DNA of 64,000 bases from Spirochaetia bacterium (GTDB lineage: Bacteria; Spirochaetota; Spirochaetia; SZUA-6; Bin103), in the NCBI GenBank assembly GCA_965208575.1, contig CBDBOV010000006.1, positions 736,001 to 800,000 of the forward strand, written 5' to 3'. Each line of letters opens with the position of its first letter. Within the stretch, counting starts at the first letter, position 1. Both the position numbers and the translations under genes were made by a program. Below are positions 52,826-62,838 of this stretch, piece after piece. Under the pieces are notes generated by a model. The model worked only from the letters and a program-made list of their open reading frames with translations, was not told where the DNA came from and did no database searches.

Positions 52826-53836
52826 TTATTGATACCGAACCCTGGGGTCCAAGAACGCATAAATCACGTCGATCATGAGATTGATCGCCAAAACCGCGGT
52901 AGCAAAAATCAGGTTTATCGCGGAGACGACCGGGTAGTCTCTGCCATCGAGCGCATCCACAAACATACGGCCTATCCCCGGCAGAGCGAATATTTGCTCC
53001 AGGATAACGGAGCCACCTACCAGCAGGGGGAGCTGCAGACCGACCAGCGTAACGACCGGGATGAGGGTATTCTTGATGGCGTGCCGCATGACCACTACCC
53101 GCTCCCTGAGGCCCTTCGACCAGGCCGTCCTGATATAGTCCTGCCGGAGCACCTCCAGCATCATGGTGCGCGTCATCCGCATCGTGCTGGCAGCCAGGGC
53201 GGTGCCCAGAATCAGGGCCGGAATCAGGAACATCCCGAGATTCCCCAGCGGGTCTTCGGCGAACGGAATCAGCTCTATCGGCGGCGACCAGCCCCACCAG
53301 ATTGCCGGGTAGAGCATGACCATGACTCCGAGCCAGAAGTTCGGCGTTGCCAAGCCGATGATGGCGGCGGTGCGGCCTACGTAATCGGCGACGGTGTCCT
53401 GGCGGATCGCCGAGTAGACGCCGACGGGCAGGGCTATGACCAGCCCAATTACAATTGACAGAGCACCAAGCTCGATGGTTACCGGCAATCTCCCGATGAT
53501 GATCTCCTCTATCGGAAAAGGAGCGCCAAACAGTGATTCGCCAAAGGTGCCCTGGAGGAGACCTCTGAAGTGGGACTCACCGGTAATCCAGTCAGGGGTC
53601 GGCAGCACTCCTAGCCAGCGTCCATACTGCACGTAGACCGGCACGTCCAGTCCCAGCATACGCTCGAGCGTGTCGCGGTCCAGGTCGGCACCCGCGGCAT
53701 GCCATGCTTCCATCTCAGCCACCATTACGTCTATTACATCGCCGGGGATGAAGCGGACCGCGAGAAAGACGATGATGGTCAATATGAACAGGGTGGGGAT
53801 GATGAGCAACAACCGCCTGATGAGATAGCTTCTCAT
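52826..53836 (-). CDS. Peptide ABC permease, DppB type (cassette C)
   Basis: EVLRQDYIRTAWSKGL. Confidence 0.92.
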   Translation of the reverse strand: MRSYLIRRLLLIIPTLFILTIIVFLAVRFIPGDVIDVMVAEMEAWHAAGADLDRDTLERMLGLDVPVYVQYGRWLGVLPTPDWITGESHFRGLLQGTFGESLFGAPFPIEEIIIGRLPVTIELGALSIVIGLVIALPVGVYSAIRQDTVADYVGRTAAIIGLATPNFWLGVMVMLYPAIWWGWSPPIELIPFAEDPLGNLGMFLIPALILGTALAASTMRMTRTMMLEVLRQDYIRTAWSKGLRERVVVMRHAIKNTLIPVVTLVGLQLPLLVGGSVILEQIFALPGIGRMFVDALDGRDYPVVSAINLIFATAVLAINLMIDVIYAFLDPRVRYQ

Positions 53837-53912
53837 GGTGTTGGTACCCCAAGTATGGGAGCTGGAAAGCGCGCTCGCAAGCGACCGCCACCCAGCTCCG
53901 CAAGAGTTACTG

Positions 53913-55712
53913 CTAATTCCCCATCGTTGCTTGCTTCAGCTCACTATCAATCCAGAGGCGGGCCAAGAAGGTATTACGTTCACCACGTCCCATACCTGCT
54001 TCACCGAAATAACCCTCGACCCACGGCTGGCTCACGTGGAACTTGGGGGCGTTGGATTTGACCAGACCCCAGTGCTCCCTTATCGTGATCTCATCGACCT
54101 GTCGATGCAAGCTCTTCCACTCCTCCAGGGTGGTGGCAGCTTGCATGGCGGCAAACAGGGCGTCAGTTACCGGGTCGTTCCCCTTCGCCTTGTTCTTTTG
54201 GTGTTGTTGAGTCAGGTAACCGGCGCCGCCGAGTATCCCATATGCCCAATCCCCTAACGCCCACTCGTGCGTGTCCGCGCCATGTATAGCGGAAATCTCA
54301 GCGGCAGTATGGGCAAAAAGCTCGCTGTCAACTCCAATGGCTTCGAAGTACCCCATGACGATTTCACCATACGTCGGATCGTACCGGTCGAAATGGGAGA
54401 TCTTGAGCTTGAATCGATAGCCATCGGCGCCGCGCGGATATCCAGCCGCATCAAGCAACGCTTCCGCGTCATCCGGGTGATACTCATACTCATGCTTGAC
54501 CTCGTCGGGCCACTCTTCATATGGCCAGGAAAACTCCCCTGGGCCATCTTGCTGTACTAACCCATACGGTGCTGGATCTCCCCAACCCTTAAGGAAGGTG
54601 GCGGAAATCGTCTCGCGGTCCACTGCCATCTGCAGTGCCTTGCGCACATCGACGTCGCTAGTGGGTGACAAAGCCCAGTTAAAAAAGTATGCGCCCGCTA
54701 TCCAGCTATAAACGGGCCACACCTCGATTTCAGGGTTGGTCCGCTGGAGGCTCTCCAAATCGTCGATATTGTATATGACAGCGTCGCCGGTGTTACTCAG
54801 CATATCAATCTTTCCCGTGCGCATTGCCGCCAGACGTGCTGACATGTCCGGTATCAGCAAGGACCTCAATTCGTCAATATAGGGTAGGCGGTTTTCCGGG
54901 AATTTTTCGTCGTAACCCCAGTAGTCAGGATTCTTCTCCCAGGTTGCCGAGCTGCCCTCCACGAAATCAGTCAGTCGAAAGGGCCCGGTGCCGACCACGT
55001 TCCGCCAATCCTTGGCGTCGCCGTATTTCTCGATTTGCTCAGGGGCGTGCGCAACCCAGTAGTTGTTGAGCATTTTCCCCAGCCCATCGGGGTGAGACTG
55101 CTTCAGCTTGATCTCAACCGTCCATTGGTCGGTGGCCGTTACCGATTCGAACTGTAGACCGAAGAAGATAACACCCGCACTGGGGCTAGGTCCGTCTTCC
55201 GTGAAATCGCCCAGACCCAAATAGCGGTGATAGTTCCATTCGACGTCATGGGCATCGAACTCCCGACCGTTCACCGGCGCCTTGTCATGCCAGTGAACGC
55301 CCTGGCGGATGTTCCAGATGAACGTTGTGTCGTCGGGCATTGACCAGCTTTCAGCCAGAGCCCCTGTAGTCATCTCCGGGGTCACAATGCGGGAGTCTCT
55401 ACCGCCCCATATATCCCTGGTGAGTCCCCAGTCGGCGAAGGACAGCCCCTCATTGACGCCACTGATCACGTGAGCCGCCCAGCCAGGTTTCCACCAGTTG
55501 TCAATACCGGGAGGAAAGACAACAACGCCCTGCGTGATTGTCCCGCCATACTGTGGCGCGGTCCACGTCATGCCGGTGGCGGGGTCGAACACCGTTTCCT
55601 TCTCGGTAGCCGCCGCCGGCTCCTCTACTGCGGCAGCGGCCCAGAGGCCGGTGGCGGTCAGGACCATGACCAACGCAACCGCGAAGGTCCTGGTGATTGT
55701 TACCATATTCAT
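53913..55712 (-). CDS. Family 5 substrate-binding protein (cassette C)
   Basis: PQYGG, WHDKAPVNGR, GTGPF, ARLWID. Confidence 0.92.
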   Translation of the reverse strand: MNMVTITRTFAVALVMVLTATGLWAAAAVEEPAAATEKETVFDPATGMTWTAPQYGGTITQGVVVFPPGIDNWWKPGWAAHVISGVNEGLSFADWGLTRDIWGGRDSRIVTPEMTTGALAESWSMPDDTTFIWNIRQGVHWHDKAPVNGREFDAHDVEWNYHRYLGLGDFTEDGPSPSAGVIFFGLQFESVTATDQWTVEIKLKQSHPDGLGKMLNNYWVAHAPEQIEKYGDAKDWRNVVGTGPFRLTDFVEGSSATWEKNPDYWGYDEKFPENRLPYIDELRSLLIPDMSARLAAMRTGKIDMLSNTGDAVIYNIDDLESLQRTNPEIEVWPVYSWIAGAYFFNWALSPTSDVDVRKALQMAVDRETISATFLKGWGDPAPYGLVQQDGPGEFSWPYEEWPDEVKHEYEYHPDDAEALLDAAGYPRGADGYRFKLKISHFDRYDPTYGEIVMGYFEAIGVDSELFAHTAAEISAIHGADTHEWALGDWAYGILGGAGYLTQQHQKNKAKGNDPVTDALFAAMQAATTLEEWKSLHRQVDEITIREHWGLVKSNAPKFHVSQPWVEGYFGEAGMGRGERNTFLARLWIDSELKQATMGN

Positions 55713-55800
55713 ACGTAACTCCGTATGTTGATTTCTGAGAGTATTGCGTAGCGGCTTGCCGCTCCCCGGCTACTCTCGCGCCCGCAACGCGGGCGGCCGG
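55713..55800 (-). promoter_or_regulatory. Conserved structured 5' leader of SBP gene, copy C (proximal half)
   Basis: Homologous to 34547-34640 and 45937-46025. Confidence 0.6.
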
Positions 55801-56016
55801 CCAGTCCGGGGGGACGCGCCGGCTGCCTCGGTGCCAACCGGCCACGGCGCTGACTGTCATTTCGGCACGATGTGCCCATTTATCGATTGGCCCCAGTGCA
55901 ACGAATGCTCACACGCGCGGGCAAACGTGTCAACCACCCACCCGTCGCGGCGGCCTGCCGCTGGAGGTTGTCGAGGTTTTTGACCAGTGAGCCGCGCCTC
56001 TGCTACTGTGGTTGGC

Positions 56017-56116
56017 ATGGCGGCGTGGAGATTCGCGCATCCAGTGCTACAACGGCCCGGCGGATGAAGACCATTGGATTCGCTTCGAGAACTTCTGCAT
56101 CAAGCGACTAGCGTAA
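56017..56116 (+). pseudogene. Skeleton of the ConA-like gene (47852-48418)
   Basis: ATG jumps to 47958, then to about 48339; 100 of 567 bp remain. Confidence 0.88.
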
Positions 56117-56165
56117 CAATGTTGACCGTCGGCTCCCGCAACCTGCCGGAGTGCCCTGAACTGTC

Positions 56166-56628
56166 GTGAGCGAAGACCTTCACTACGCACCATTGCCGGG
56201 GTCGCGGCGCTCATCAGGGCGCAGCGGCTGTCGCCGGTGGAGCTGACCAGGAGCGTACTGGCCCGCATCGACCGGCTCGACAGCGATCTGCACAGCTACG
56301 CCACGGTGATGGAGGAGCAGGCGCTGTCGAGCACATCGATGTCCTTGCCTGCCCAGCCATGCCCGATCTCCCCTTCCCGGTCACACCGGAAGCGCTGCGC
56401 TCCTCGCCGCCGGTCGTCGACGAGGGCGTCTTTCGGCTGCAGCGGTTCACGGTGCCGTTCGACTACAACGGCGCGCCGACGCTCACGCTGCCGTGCGGAC
56501 TGAGCAGCGAGGGGTTGCCCCTGGCGCTGCAACTGGCCGGCAAACCGCTCGCCGAGCCGCTGCTGTGCCGGCTCGGCGCCGCCTACGAAGCCGCCACCGA
56601 GTGGCACGACCTGCATCCCGGCCGGTAG
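56166..56628 (+). pseudogene. Skeleton of the amidase (48468-49883)
   Basis: 5' end joined at 56326/56327 to the 3' end; about 950 bp including the catalytic motifs are missing; 1-bp deletion near the start. Confidence 0.9.
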
Positions 56629-56655
56629 AAGTGATCGACGTACTTGCCATCGCCA

Positions 56656-56850
56656 TTAATCACCTCGTTGGGTCATGTTCCCCGGCATGCGCCCTCGCTC
56701 AACCGACGCGGCGCCGCTGCCGGCGAGACGACCGCCGCCACCCCGCAGCCGGTCGATCATGGTCATGTCCATGAAGTGGAACGGCGCCGGCGACCAGGCA
56801 CAGCTCCCTGATCAGCCGCCGCAGCAGGTCGCGCAGGAACGACTGTGGAG
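56656..56850 (-). pseudogene. Skeleton of a DppC-type permease
   Basis: Fragments QSFLRDLLRRLIRE | LCLVA | APFHFMDMTMIDRL | RGGGGRL...* in native order. Confidence 0.75.
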
Positions 56851-56913
56851 AGGTGGGTCCTGTCTTGACGTACGAGCCGCACGCCATGATGCTGGACGGT
56901 GCCGAGGGGACCC

Positions 56914-58119
56914 GTGGCAGATACTATCCTGAGCCGGCTGGTATTCCAGCGCTTCCGCAGCCTTGCCAAGGAAGAGGTGAAGTTTGATAACCCGACCTTT
57001 CTGATCGGTCAGAACGGCTGTGGCAAGAGCAACTTCAGCGATGCAATTGCCTTCCTTGCGGAGGCGATGGCGTCTCCACTGCAAGCTGTCCTTGAGCATC
57101 GCGGGGGATTTGCTGCGGTCAGTCATCGAGGTTCGGCGAGAGGCCGCTCGAACATGGGGCTCGCCGTCGAGCTTCATGATCCGGGTGCCGACATGAGCGA
57201 GGCTCGGTATGGCATAGAGTTGCGCGCGTCAACCGGTAGTGGGTTCCAGGTCGTACGCGAGCAGTGCGTGGTGACGCGACTGAATGGGTCCATTGCCTCG
57301 TTTGACCGCAGACCGGTCAACGGCTCCGTGGGCTGGAAGAGCAGTGTAAAATCCCTGGACCCCATTGTGGAACCGAATGCGTTGGCGCTTCCTCTGGTCG
57401 GTGGCGACGCGCGCTTTCGGCCGGTTTTCCGTCTTCTATCGGATATGCGGGTGTGTCGGATCGAACCGGCGGCCGTTCGCGCTTTGCAGGACCCGGACGG
57501 CGGCGTACGGCTGCAAGCCGACGGTAGCAACGCCGCCAGCGTGCTCCGGGAGATCCAACGACAATCCGCGACGGATTGGAAACGAATATGCGAACTTCTC
57601 CAATGTGTCGTCCCCGGAACCGTCGGCGTCCAGCTCAAGAGGCACGGCAACAAGCTGACCTTGGCGTTTAGTCAAGAGTGGGGAAAGTCGGCTCCGGTGA
57701 AGTTCGAAGCATTCAACATGTCAGACGGCACGCTTCGTGTGCTGGGCATCCTCGCAGCAATCTTCCAACGGCCGGCTCCCTCCCTTATCGTAATTGAAGA
57801 ACCGGAAGCTACCGTGCATCCGGGCGCCATAGGGACGATTCTCGACGTATTGCGGCACGCGGGACGCTTCATGCAGGTCGTGGTGACGACGCACAGTCCC
57901 GATGTTCTCGATGCCCAGTGGATTGAGGATCGACACCTCCGCATCGCGAGTTGGGAGAGAGGCATTACCCGGGTCAGTACTGTCTCGCCTTCCGTTAGAG
58001 CGGCCCTTCGCGAGCACCTGATGGGTGCAGGTGAGTTGCTTCGTTCGAACGCCATGGCGGCGGCAAAAGAGTCGGATTCCGACAAGAGACGGTTTGAGTT
58101 GTTCGTCAAGGCCATGTGA
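56914..58119 (+). CDS. ABC-type ATPase (AAA_21/AAA_15; RloA/AbiEii-like)
   Basis: LIGQNGCGKSN, MSDGTLR, IEEPEATVHP, TTHSP. Confidence 0.88.
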   Translation: MADTILSRLVFQRFRSLAKEEVKFDNPTFLIGQNGCGKSNFSDAIAFLAEAMASPLQAVLEHRGGFAAVSHRGSARGRSNMGLAVELHDPGADMSEARYGIELRASTGSGFQVVREQCVVTRLNGSIASFDRRPVNGSVGWKSSVKSLDPIVEPNALALPLVGGDARFRPVFRLLSDMRVCRIEPAAVRALQDPDGGVRLQADGSNAASVLREIQRQSATDWKRICELLQCVVPGTVGVQLKRHGNKLTLAFSQEWGKSAPVKFEAFNMSDGTLRVLGILAAIFQRPAPSLIVIEEPEATVHPGAIGTILDVLRHAGRFMQVVVTTHSPDVLDAQWIEDRHLRIASWERGITRVSTVSPSVRAALREHLMGAGELLRSNAMAAAKESDSDKRRFELFVKAM

Positions 58120-58120
58120 G

Positions 58121-58620
58121 ATGCGAATCCAGCCGATCGTGGAGGGGCATGGAGATGTGGCGGCTCTGCCGGTATTGTTGCGCCGTCTGATCAAGGAAGC
58201 CCAAACCTGGAGCGTCGATGTCGGGCGACCGATACGAGTGCCGCGGGGGAAGATCGTGCAGCAGGCTGAAGTGGAGCGTGCGGTCCGACTGGCGCTTCTT
58301 CAACCGGAGTGCGGCGCTGTTCTCATCCTCTTCGACGGAGACAGAGACTGCCCGGCGCGATTGGGGCCGTCCGTACAGACGTGGGCGGCAGCACGAGCGG
58401 GCAACGTGCCGTGCAGTGTCGTTATCGCCCATCGGGAGTACGAGGCGTGGTTTCTGGCTGCAATAGAGTCGCTACGCGGCTATCGCGGTGTCCGGGACGA
58501 TGCGGAAACACATCCGAATCCGGAAGGCCCTCTTTGTGCGAAGGGACAGATGGAAGCACGAATGCACGCGGACGCAAGCTATCTCGAACGTATTGACCAG
58601 CCGGCGCTCAGCGCCCGGGC
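58121..58620 (+). pseudogene. DUF4276 (TOPRIM-like) protein, 3'-truncated
   Basis: IVEGHGD, FDGDRDCP, REYEAWFLA, DQPALSA, then runs into an antisense dppC remnant (frame stays open to 59023). Confidence 0.75.
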
Positions 58621-58795
58621 TCAGTGCGACCGTTCCAGCTTCTGCAGCGCCTTCCGGGCGCGCTCGGCGGCGCGGGCACCTACGCCGCCGGCCACCGAGC
58701 CACCGCCGCCACGCAGCCGCGGGTCGAGCCGGCGCAGCAGGTCGCGCCGAAACGACTGCCTCTTCGCCCCCTTCGCCGGTGGCGCCTGTGGCGCG
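58621..58795 (-). pseudogene. Skeleton of a DppC-type permease (in-frame N-C fusion)
   Basis: KRQSFRRDLLRRL|DPRLRGGGGSVAGG...ARKALQKLERSH*, matching both termini of the 3228-4229 protein. Confidence 0.78.
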
Positions 58796-59034
58796 AGTTC
58801 CAGGTCACCAGGAAGTCGCATCTGTGAAAGGATGCCAGTGCCAAGTGCAGCGCATCACCACCCGGATCGGCGGGCATCACCTTGTGCCGGATGTACGTCT
58901 GCACGATCTCGCCGATGGCCGGCTCAACGGGCACCAGCGGCAGGTCATGAACGAGGACCTGCCGCTGCGCACTGCGCTCCGGTATATCGCCAACCAGTTC
59001 ATCCAGTACGGCCGCGCTGGTGACCAGTTCTCGT
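58796..59034 (-). pseudogene. Internal fragment of a PIN-domain toxin
   Basis: ELVTSAAVLDEL...DALHLALASFHRCDFLVTWN. Confidence 0.75.
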
Positions 59035-59445
59035 ATCCCGCACCGCATCGCCAAACATGTTCAGGCAGTAAACGGTGAGAGTCAGAGCGAGACCAGGCCA
59101 CAGAGCCAGCCATGGGGCAATTTCCATGAACTGACGCCCTTCCCGCTGAGCATGCCACCCCAGCTCGGAACACTCGGCGGCAGACCGAATCCGAGAAAGC
59201 TCAAGGACGCCTCGCTGATGATCACTCCACCGATGTTGATGGTGAATATGACGATTACGACCGGCATGATATTGGGCAGGACGTGTCGGATGAATGTTCT
59301 CCATTTTGAGGAGCCGACCGACTCCGCCGCATCAAAATACGCATTCTCCTTTATGTCGATAACGGCTCCCGCACGCGGTACCCAGTGGCTTCGTCCGCCA
59401 CATCCTGGTAAGGAAATCAGCGAAGTTGTTGCGGTCTCTATTCAT
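59035..59445 (-). pseudogene. DppC-type permease pseudogene (cassette D)
   Basis: MNRD...KPLGTACG jumps to GAVIDIKEN near 59370; frameshift near 59145; ends at GDAVRD. Confidence 0.88.
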
Positions 59446-60442
59446 AGCGGACCCTGGGGTCCAAGTATGGATAAACCAGGTCAATCGCCAGATTGATCCC
59501 GATGACCGCGGTGGCGAACAATAGGTTGATTCCGGAAACCACTGGGTAGTCCCTCGCATTGAGGGCAAGCACGAAGACACGACCTATCCCCGGCAGGTTG
59601 AAGATGTTCTCCATGATAACGGAGCCGCCTACCAGGATAGGCATCTGCAGGCCGATCAGCGTAACCACCGGGATGAGGGCATTCTTGACGGCGTGCCTGA
59701 TAACAACTGCCCTCTCCTTGAGTCCTTTTGACCAGGCGGTCCTGATATAGTCTTGCCTGAGCACCTCCAGCATCATGGTGCGCGTCATCCGCATTGTGGC
59801 TGCAGCCATGCCCGTCCCCAGAATCAGGCTGGGAATGATGAACACCCCCAGATTCTCCAGCGGCCCTTCGGTGAAACGAAACCACTCCATCGGTGGTGAC
59901 CAGCCCCACCAGACTACCGGGTAGACCATGACCATGGTTCCGAGCCAGAAGTTAGGCGCTGCCAGGCCGATGATGGCAACGGAGCGCCCCGCGTAGTCGG
60001 CCGCCGTATCCTGGCGAATCGCAGCGTAGATGCCGACTGGCAGCGCGATCACCAGCCCAATCACGATTGCCAGGAAGCCAAGCTCGATGGTTACCGGCAA
60101 TCTACCGACTATCTTCCTCGCTACCGGCAAACGGCCGCTTACCAGCGAGCGCCCGAGGCTGCCCTGAAGGAGACCCGTGAAATGAGACTCACCGGTACGC
60201 CAGTCAGGGGTCGGCAACACTCCTATCCAGCGTCCATACTGCACGTGGACGGGCACGTCCAGTCCCAGCATACGCTCGAGAGGTTCACGGTCCCTGCCGC
60301 CCGCTCTGTACACCGCCGCTTCAGACTCCATTACGTCGATGACATCGCCGGGGATGAAGCGCACCGAGAGGAAGACCAGGATGCTCAATATAAACAAGGT
60401 GGGGATTATCAGCAATAACCGCCTGATGATGTAGGCTCTCAT
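59438..60442 (-). CDS. Peptide ABC permease, DppB type (cassette D), intact
   Basis: Full length, EVLRQDYIRTAWSKGL. Confidence 0.9.
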   Translation of the reverse strand: MRAYIIRRLLLIIPTLFILSILVFLSVRFIPGDVIDVMESEAAVYRAGGRDREPLERMLGLDVPVHVQYGRWIGVLPTPDWRTGESHFTGLLQGSLGRSLVSGRLPVARKIVGRLPVTIELGFLAIVIGLVIALPVGIYAAIRQDTAADYAGRSVAIIGLAAPNFWLGTMVMVYPVVWWGWSPPMEWFRFTEGPLENLGVFIIPSLILGTGMAAATMRMTRTMMLEVLRQDYIRTAWSKGLKERAVVIRHAVKNALIPVVTLIGLQMPILVGGSVIMENIFNLPGIGRVFVLALNARDYPVVSGINLLFATAVIGINLAIDLVYPYLDPRVRYE

Positions 60443-60456
60443 ATCCTTCGTGGTAA

Positions 60457-60492
60457 AAGGGCGCCGGGAAGCCCGAGGCTCCCGGCGCCCTT
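60457..60492 (-). terminator. Stem-loop between the SBP remnant and dppB
   Basis: AAGGGCGCCGGGA / TCCCGGCGCCCTT. Confidence 0.6.
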
Positions 60493-60574
60493 CGATGCAG
60501 CCAGAACGAGCGCGAAAACGCTCGTGGACCCCGCCCCTAGGCGCGGTCCCGGCTGCAACGCCGCAGGCGTCGCG

Positions 60575-60730
60575 TCAGAAACCCATTCCTCTCTTCAGAT
60601 CCTGGTCGATCCAGAGGCGAGGAACGACGACTCCAGCGTCTATCGTTTCACCGTTAAAGCCAGTGACCCACGGCTGCGTCACAGTAAATACCAGCGCTCT
60701 ACCAAGCCATAGATGCCAGTGGTTCTCTAC
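60575..60730 (-). pseudogene. C-terminal remnant of a family 5 SBP (cassette D)
   Basis: VENHWHLW...QPWVTGFNGE...PRLWIDQDLKRGMGF*. Confidence 0.85.
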
Positions 60731-60956
60731 GGGGCGGTCAGCCGGAGCGGTGAGTTTGGTTCAAAAAGGTTGCCCCGCCGGGGGGGGGGGCAGGATGCAC
60801 TGGCTGCGTCACAACTAACCGGTCACTGCGCTTACGCCATCCTTGCGCGTCATCGGGGTCACCGGGGTGAGCGAAGGTCACCGGCAACCCGTCACTGCGC
60901 TGACTGTCATCATGACGCTTCATCAGCATCCGTCGCCCCAGGCGAGGCACGCTAGC

Positions 60957-60986
60957 ACGTTAGCATAGGCGCGGCGCGCCTGTCAA
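60957..60986 (-). promoter_or_regulatory. Putative promoter, diverged homolog of 46427/55905
   Basis: TTGACA-N18-TAACGT with extended TG; nearby GCGCTGACTGTCAT shared with about 55847. Confidence 0.45.
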
Positions 60987-61030
60987 CGACTCGGCGGTCA
61001 CCGGGGGGTCACCGGGTGCGATCAGCACGA

Positions 61031-61114
61031 TCAGCCCGCGCCGCCGGCGCAGCGGCGCCCGCCACCCCTGAGCCTCGGGTCCAGCAGGTCCCGCACCGCG
61101 TCGCCGGTCAGGTT
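61031..61114 (-). pseudogene. 3' remnant of a DppC-type permease
   Basis: NLTGDAVRDLLDPRLRGGGRRCAGGAG*. Confidence 0.8.
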
Positions 61115-61116
61115 GC

Positions 61117-61203
61117 TCAGTGGGGTTCGGCTCGAAACACCGGAATCCGGCGCTCGGTCTTGTTACCGACGTGCGTCGCCACGATTACCGGCAGCCCGAT
61201 CAT
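61117..61203 (-). pseudogene. Probable skeleton of a deazaflavin (F420)-dependent nitroreductase (DDN-like)
   Basis: GLPVIVATHVGNKT|ERRIPVFRAEPH*: N-proximal and C-terminal family motifs joined at KT. Confidence 0.5.
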
Positions 61204-61263
61204 TTGTGCTCACGAGCTATGAGGTACGGTCGCACTATGCTTGAATAGACCATTGAGGTCGAA

Positions 61264-61292
61264 TGGACGAATACATGGTACTCGTGTATCGT
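61264..61292 (+). promoter_or_regulatory. higBA promoter with overlapping palindromic operator
   Basis: TGGACG-N17-TATCGT; ATACA-N9-TGTAT at 61271-61289. Confidence 0.5.
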
Positions 61293-61310
61293 GTAACCGG
61301 TCAGGCAGAA

Positions 61311-61601
61311 ATGATACAGTCCTTTGCCGATGAGACGACCGCGGATCTGTTTCGTGAGCGCAACACGCGTCAATCGAGACGGATTCCACGAGATGTCTGG
61401 CGCGCCGCGCAACGGAAGCTGAAGGCCTTGGACGTGGCGGCCGGGCTCGACGACCTGCGGACTCCCGCGGGCAATCGACTGGAACGGTTGCGCGGTGCAC
61501 AGCCCGAACGGTACAGCATGAGAGTCAACGATCAGTACCGCCTGACGTTTCGATGGGAGGATGGCCATGCCTACGAGGTCTGCGTCGAAGACTATCACTA
61601 G
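61311..61601 (+). CDS. higB: HigB toxin (RelE superfamily)
   Basis: MIQSFAD..T..LF, RKL..LD, GNRLERL.G, YSMRVNDQYRLTF.W, DYH. Confidence 0.9.
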   Translation: MIQSFADETTADLFRERNTRQSRRIPRDVWRAAQRKLKALDVAAGLDDLRTPAGNRLERLRGAQPERYSMRVNDQYRLTFRWEDGHAYEVCVEDYH

Positions 61602-61869
61602 AGACCCGAGTTGGCTCGGGCCGGCGATTTCTCCGGGCGAGATGTTGCTCGAGGAGTTCATCAAGCCACTCGGTCTGCGTCAGAAGGATGCGGCGCGGCA
61701 GCTTGGGATTTCGTTGAATCGGCTGAACGAAGTGGTGCGCGGCCGGCGGCGCATCACCGCGGACACGGCGATAAGATTGTCGAGCCTGTTGCAAACCTCT
61801 CCGCAGTTCTGGATGCGGCTGCAGGCGGACTGGGACCTGCACCAAGCCCTGGAGCGCACCGCGTCGTAG
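61561..61869 (+). CDS. higA: HigA antitoxin (XRE HTH)
   Basis: PGEMLLEEF, G.RRIT.DTA.RL, TSPQFWMRLQ..WDL; start uncertain. Confidence 0.88.
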   Translation: MAMPTRSASKTITRDPSWLGPAISPGEMLLEEFIKPLGLRQKDAARQLGISLNRLNEVVRGRRRITADTAIRLSSLLQTSPQFWMRLQADWDLHQALERTAS

Positions 61870-61885
61870 CCTGCGGGGACACGAA

Positions 61886-61980
61886 GTGAGGCTGGCCGAC
61901 ATCCGCCTGGTGGTCGATCATCCGCGCATCGTGGCCGCGGTCAGCGAGCTGCTGGCGGACGAGGTGTGCCTGTCGGCGTT
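61886..61980 (+). pseudogene. Possible internal fragment of a PhyH-like gene
   Basis: IRLVVDHPRIVAAVSELLADEVCLSAF resembles the PhyH 'DHP.I...V..LLG' helix. Confidence 0.35.
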
Positions 61981-61996
61981 CGACCGTCATACTTGA

Positions 61997-62093
61997 GTGA
62001 AGCGGACCGCGCTGCTGCGTCACCTCCGTCGCCACGGTTGCTGCCTGAAGCGTGAGGGCAGGTCCCACTCGCTGTGGGGAGAATCCGCTGACC
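61997..62093 (+). pseudogene. HicA toxin N-terminal remnant, preceded by possible last codons of hicB
   Basis: MKRTALLRHLRRHGCCLKREGRSHSLW, then a frameshifted ENPLT; upstream TVILE* overlaps via GTGA. Confidence 0.72.
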
Positions 62094-62100
62094 GAGGAGC

Positions 62101-62838
62101 TTAAACCGATCTGGCGGCATCGGCGCCGAGACGACCGCCGCCACCGCGCAGCCGCGGGTCGAGCAGGTCTCTGAGGGCGTCACCCAACATGTTGAAACTG
62201 TACACCACGGTCGTCAGGCACAGCCCCGGCCAGAGCGCCAGCCAGGGGGCCTGCTCCATGTACTTGCGCCCTTCCCGGCTGAGCATGCCGCCCCAGTCAG
62301 GAATGCCCGGTGGCAGACCGTAGCCGAGGAAGCCCAGAGCAGCCAACGACATGATCACCCCACCGATGTTGATCGAGAACACAATGATGACCGGTGCCAT
62401 GATGTTGGGCAGGACATGGCGGCTCAGGATCTTGCTGGTGGGGGTGCCCACGGCCTGGGCCGCCAGAAAATAGTCGTTCTCCTTGATACCGATCACCGCG
62501 CTTCTCATGACCCTCGAGCCGCTGATGCCTCCGGCGATCCCCAGGACCACGATGATCTGGGGGAGACCCCTTCCCACAATGGACATGATGGTGAGCAAGA
62601 GCAGCAATCCCGGAAACGCCATCCAGGCATCGACAAAGCGCTGCACCGCCAGATCCAATCTACCCCCAAGGAATCCGGAAGTGCCGCCGACCAGGACAGC
62701 GACGACGATATTCAGCGCAGTCGCGGCCACACCGACGAGGACGGAGATACGAGCCCCGAAGATCAGCCGGCTGAGCAAGTCTCGTCCCGCCTGGTCGGTA
62801 CCCAGAAGATACTGCGACGACGGACCTGCAAGCCTGTC
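62101..62838 (-). pseudogene. DppC-type permease lacking its 5' end (cassette E, copy of C)
   Basis: About ten substitutions versus 51920-52645; 488-bp deletion at 62838/62839. Confidence 0.9.

Larger units (their letters stand above)
55843..56645 (+). repeat. Deletion-riddled duplicate of about 46368-49900
   Basis: Colinear near-identical blocks: promoter region, ConA gene ends, amidase ends, shared downstream GAAGTGATCGACGTACT. Confidence 0.9.
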
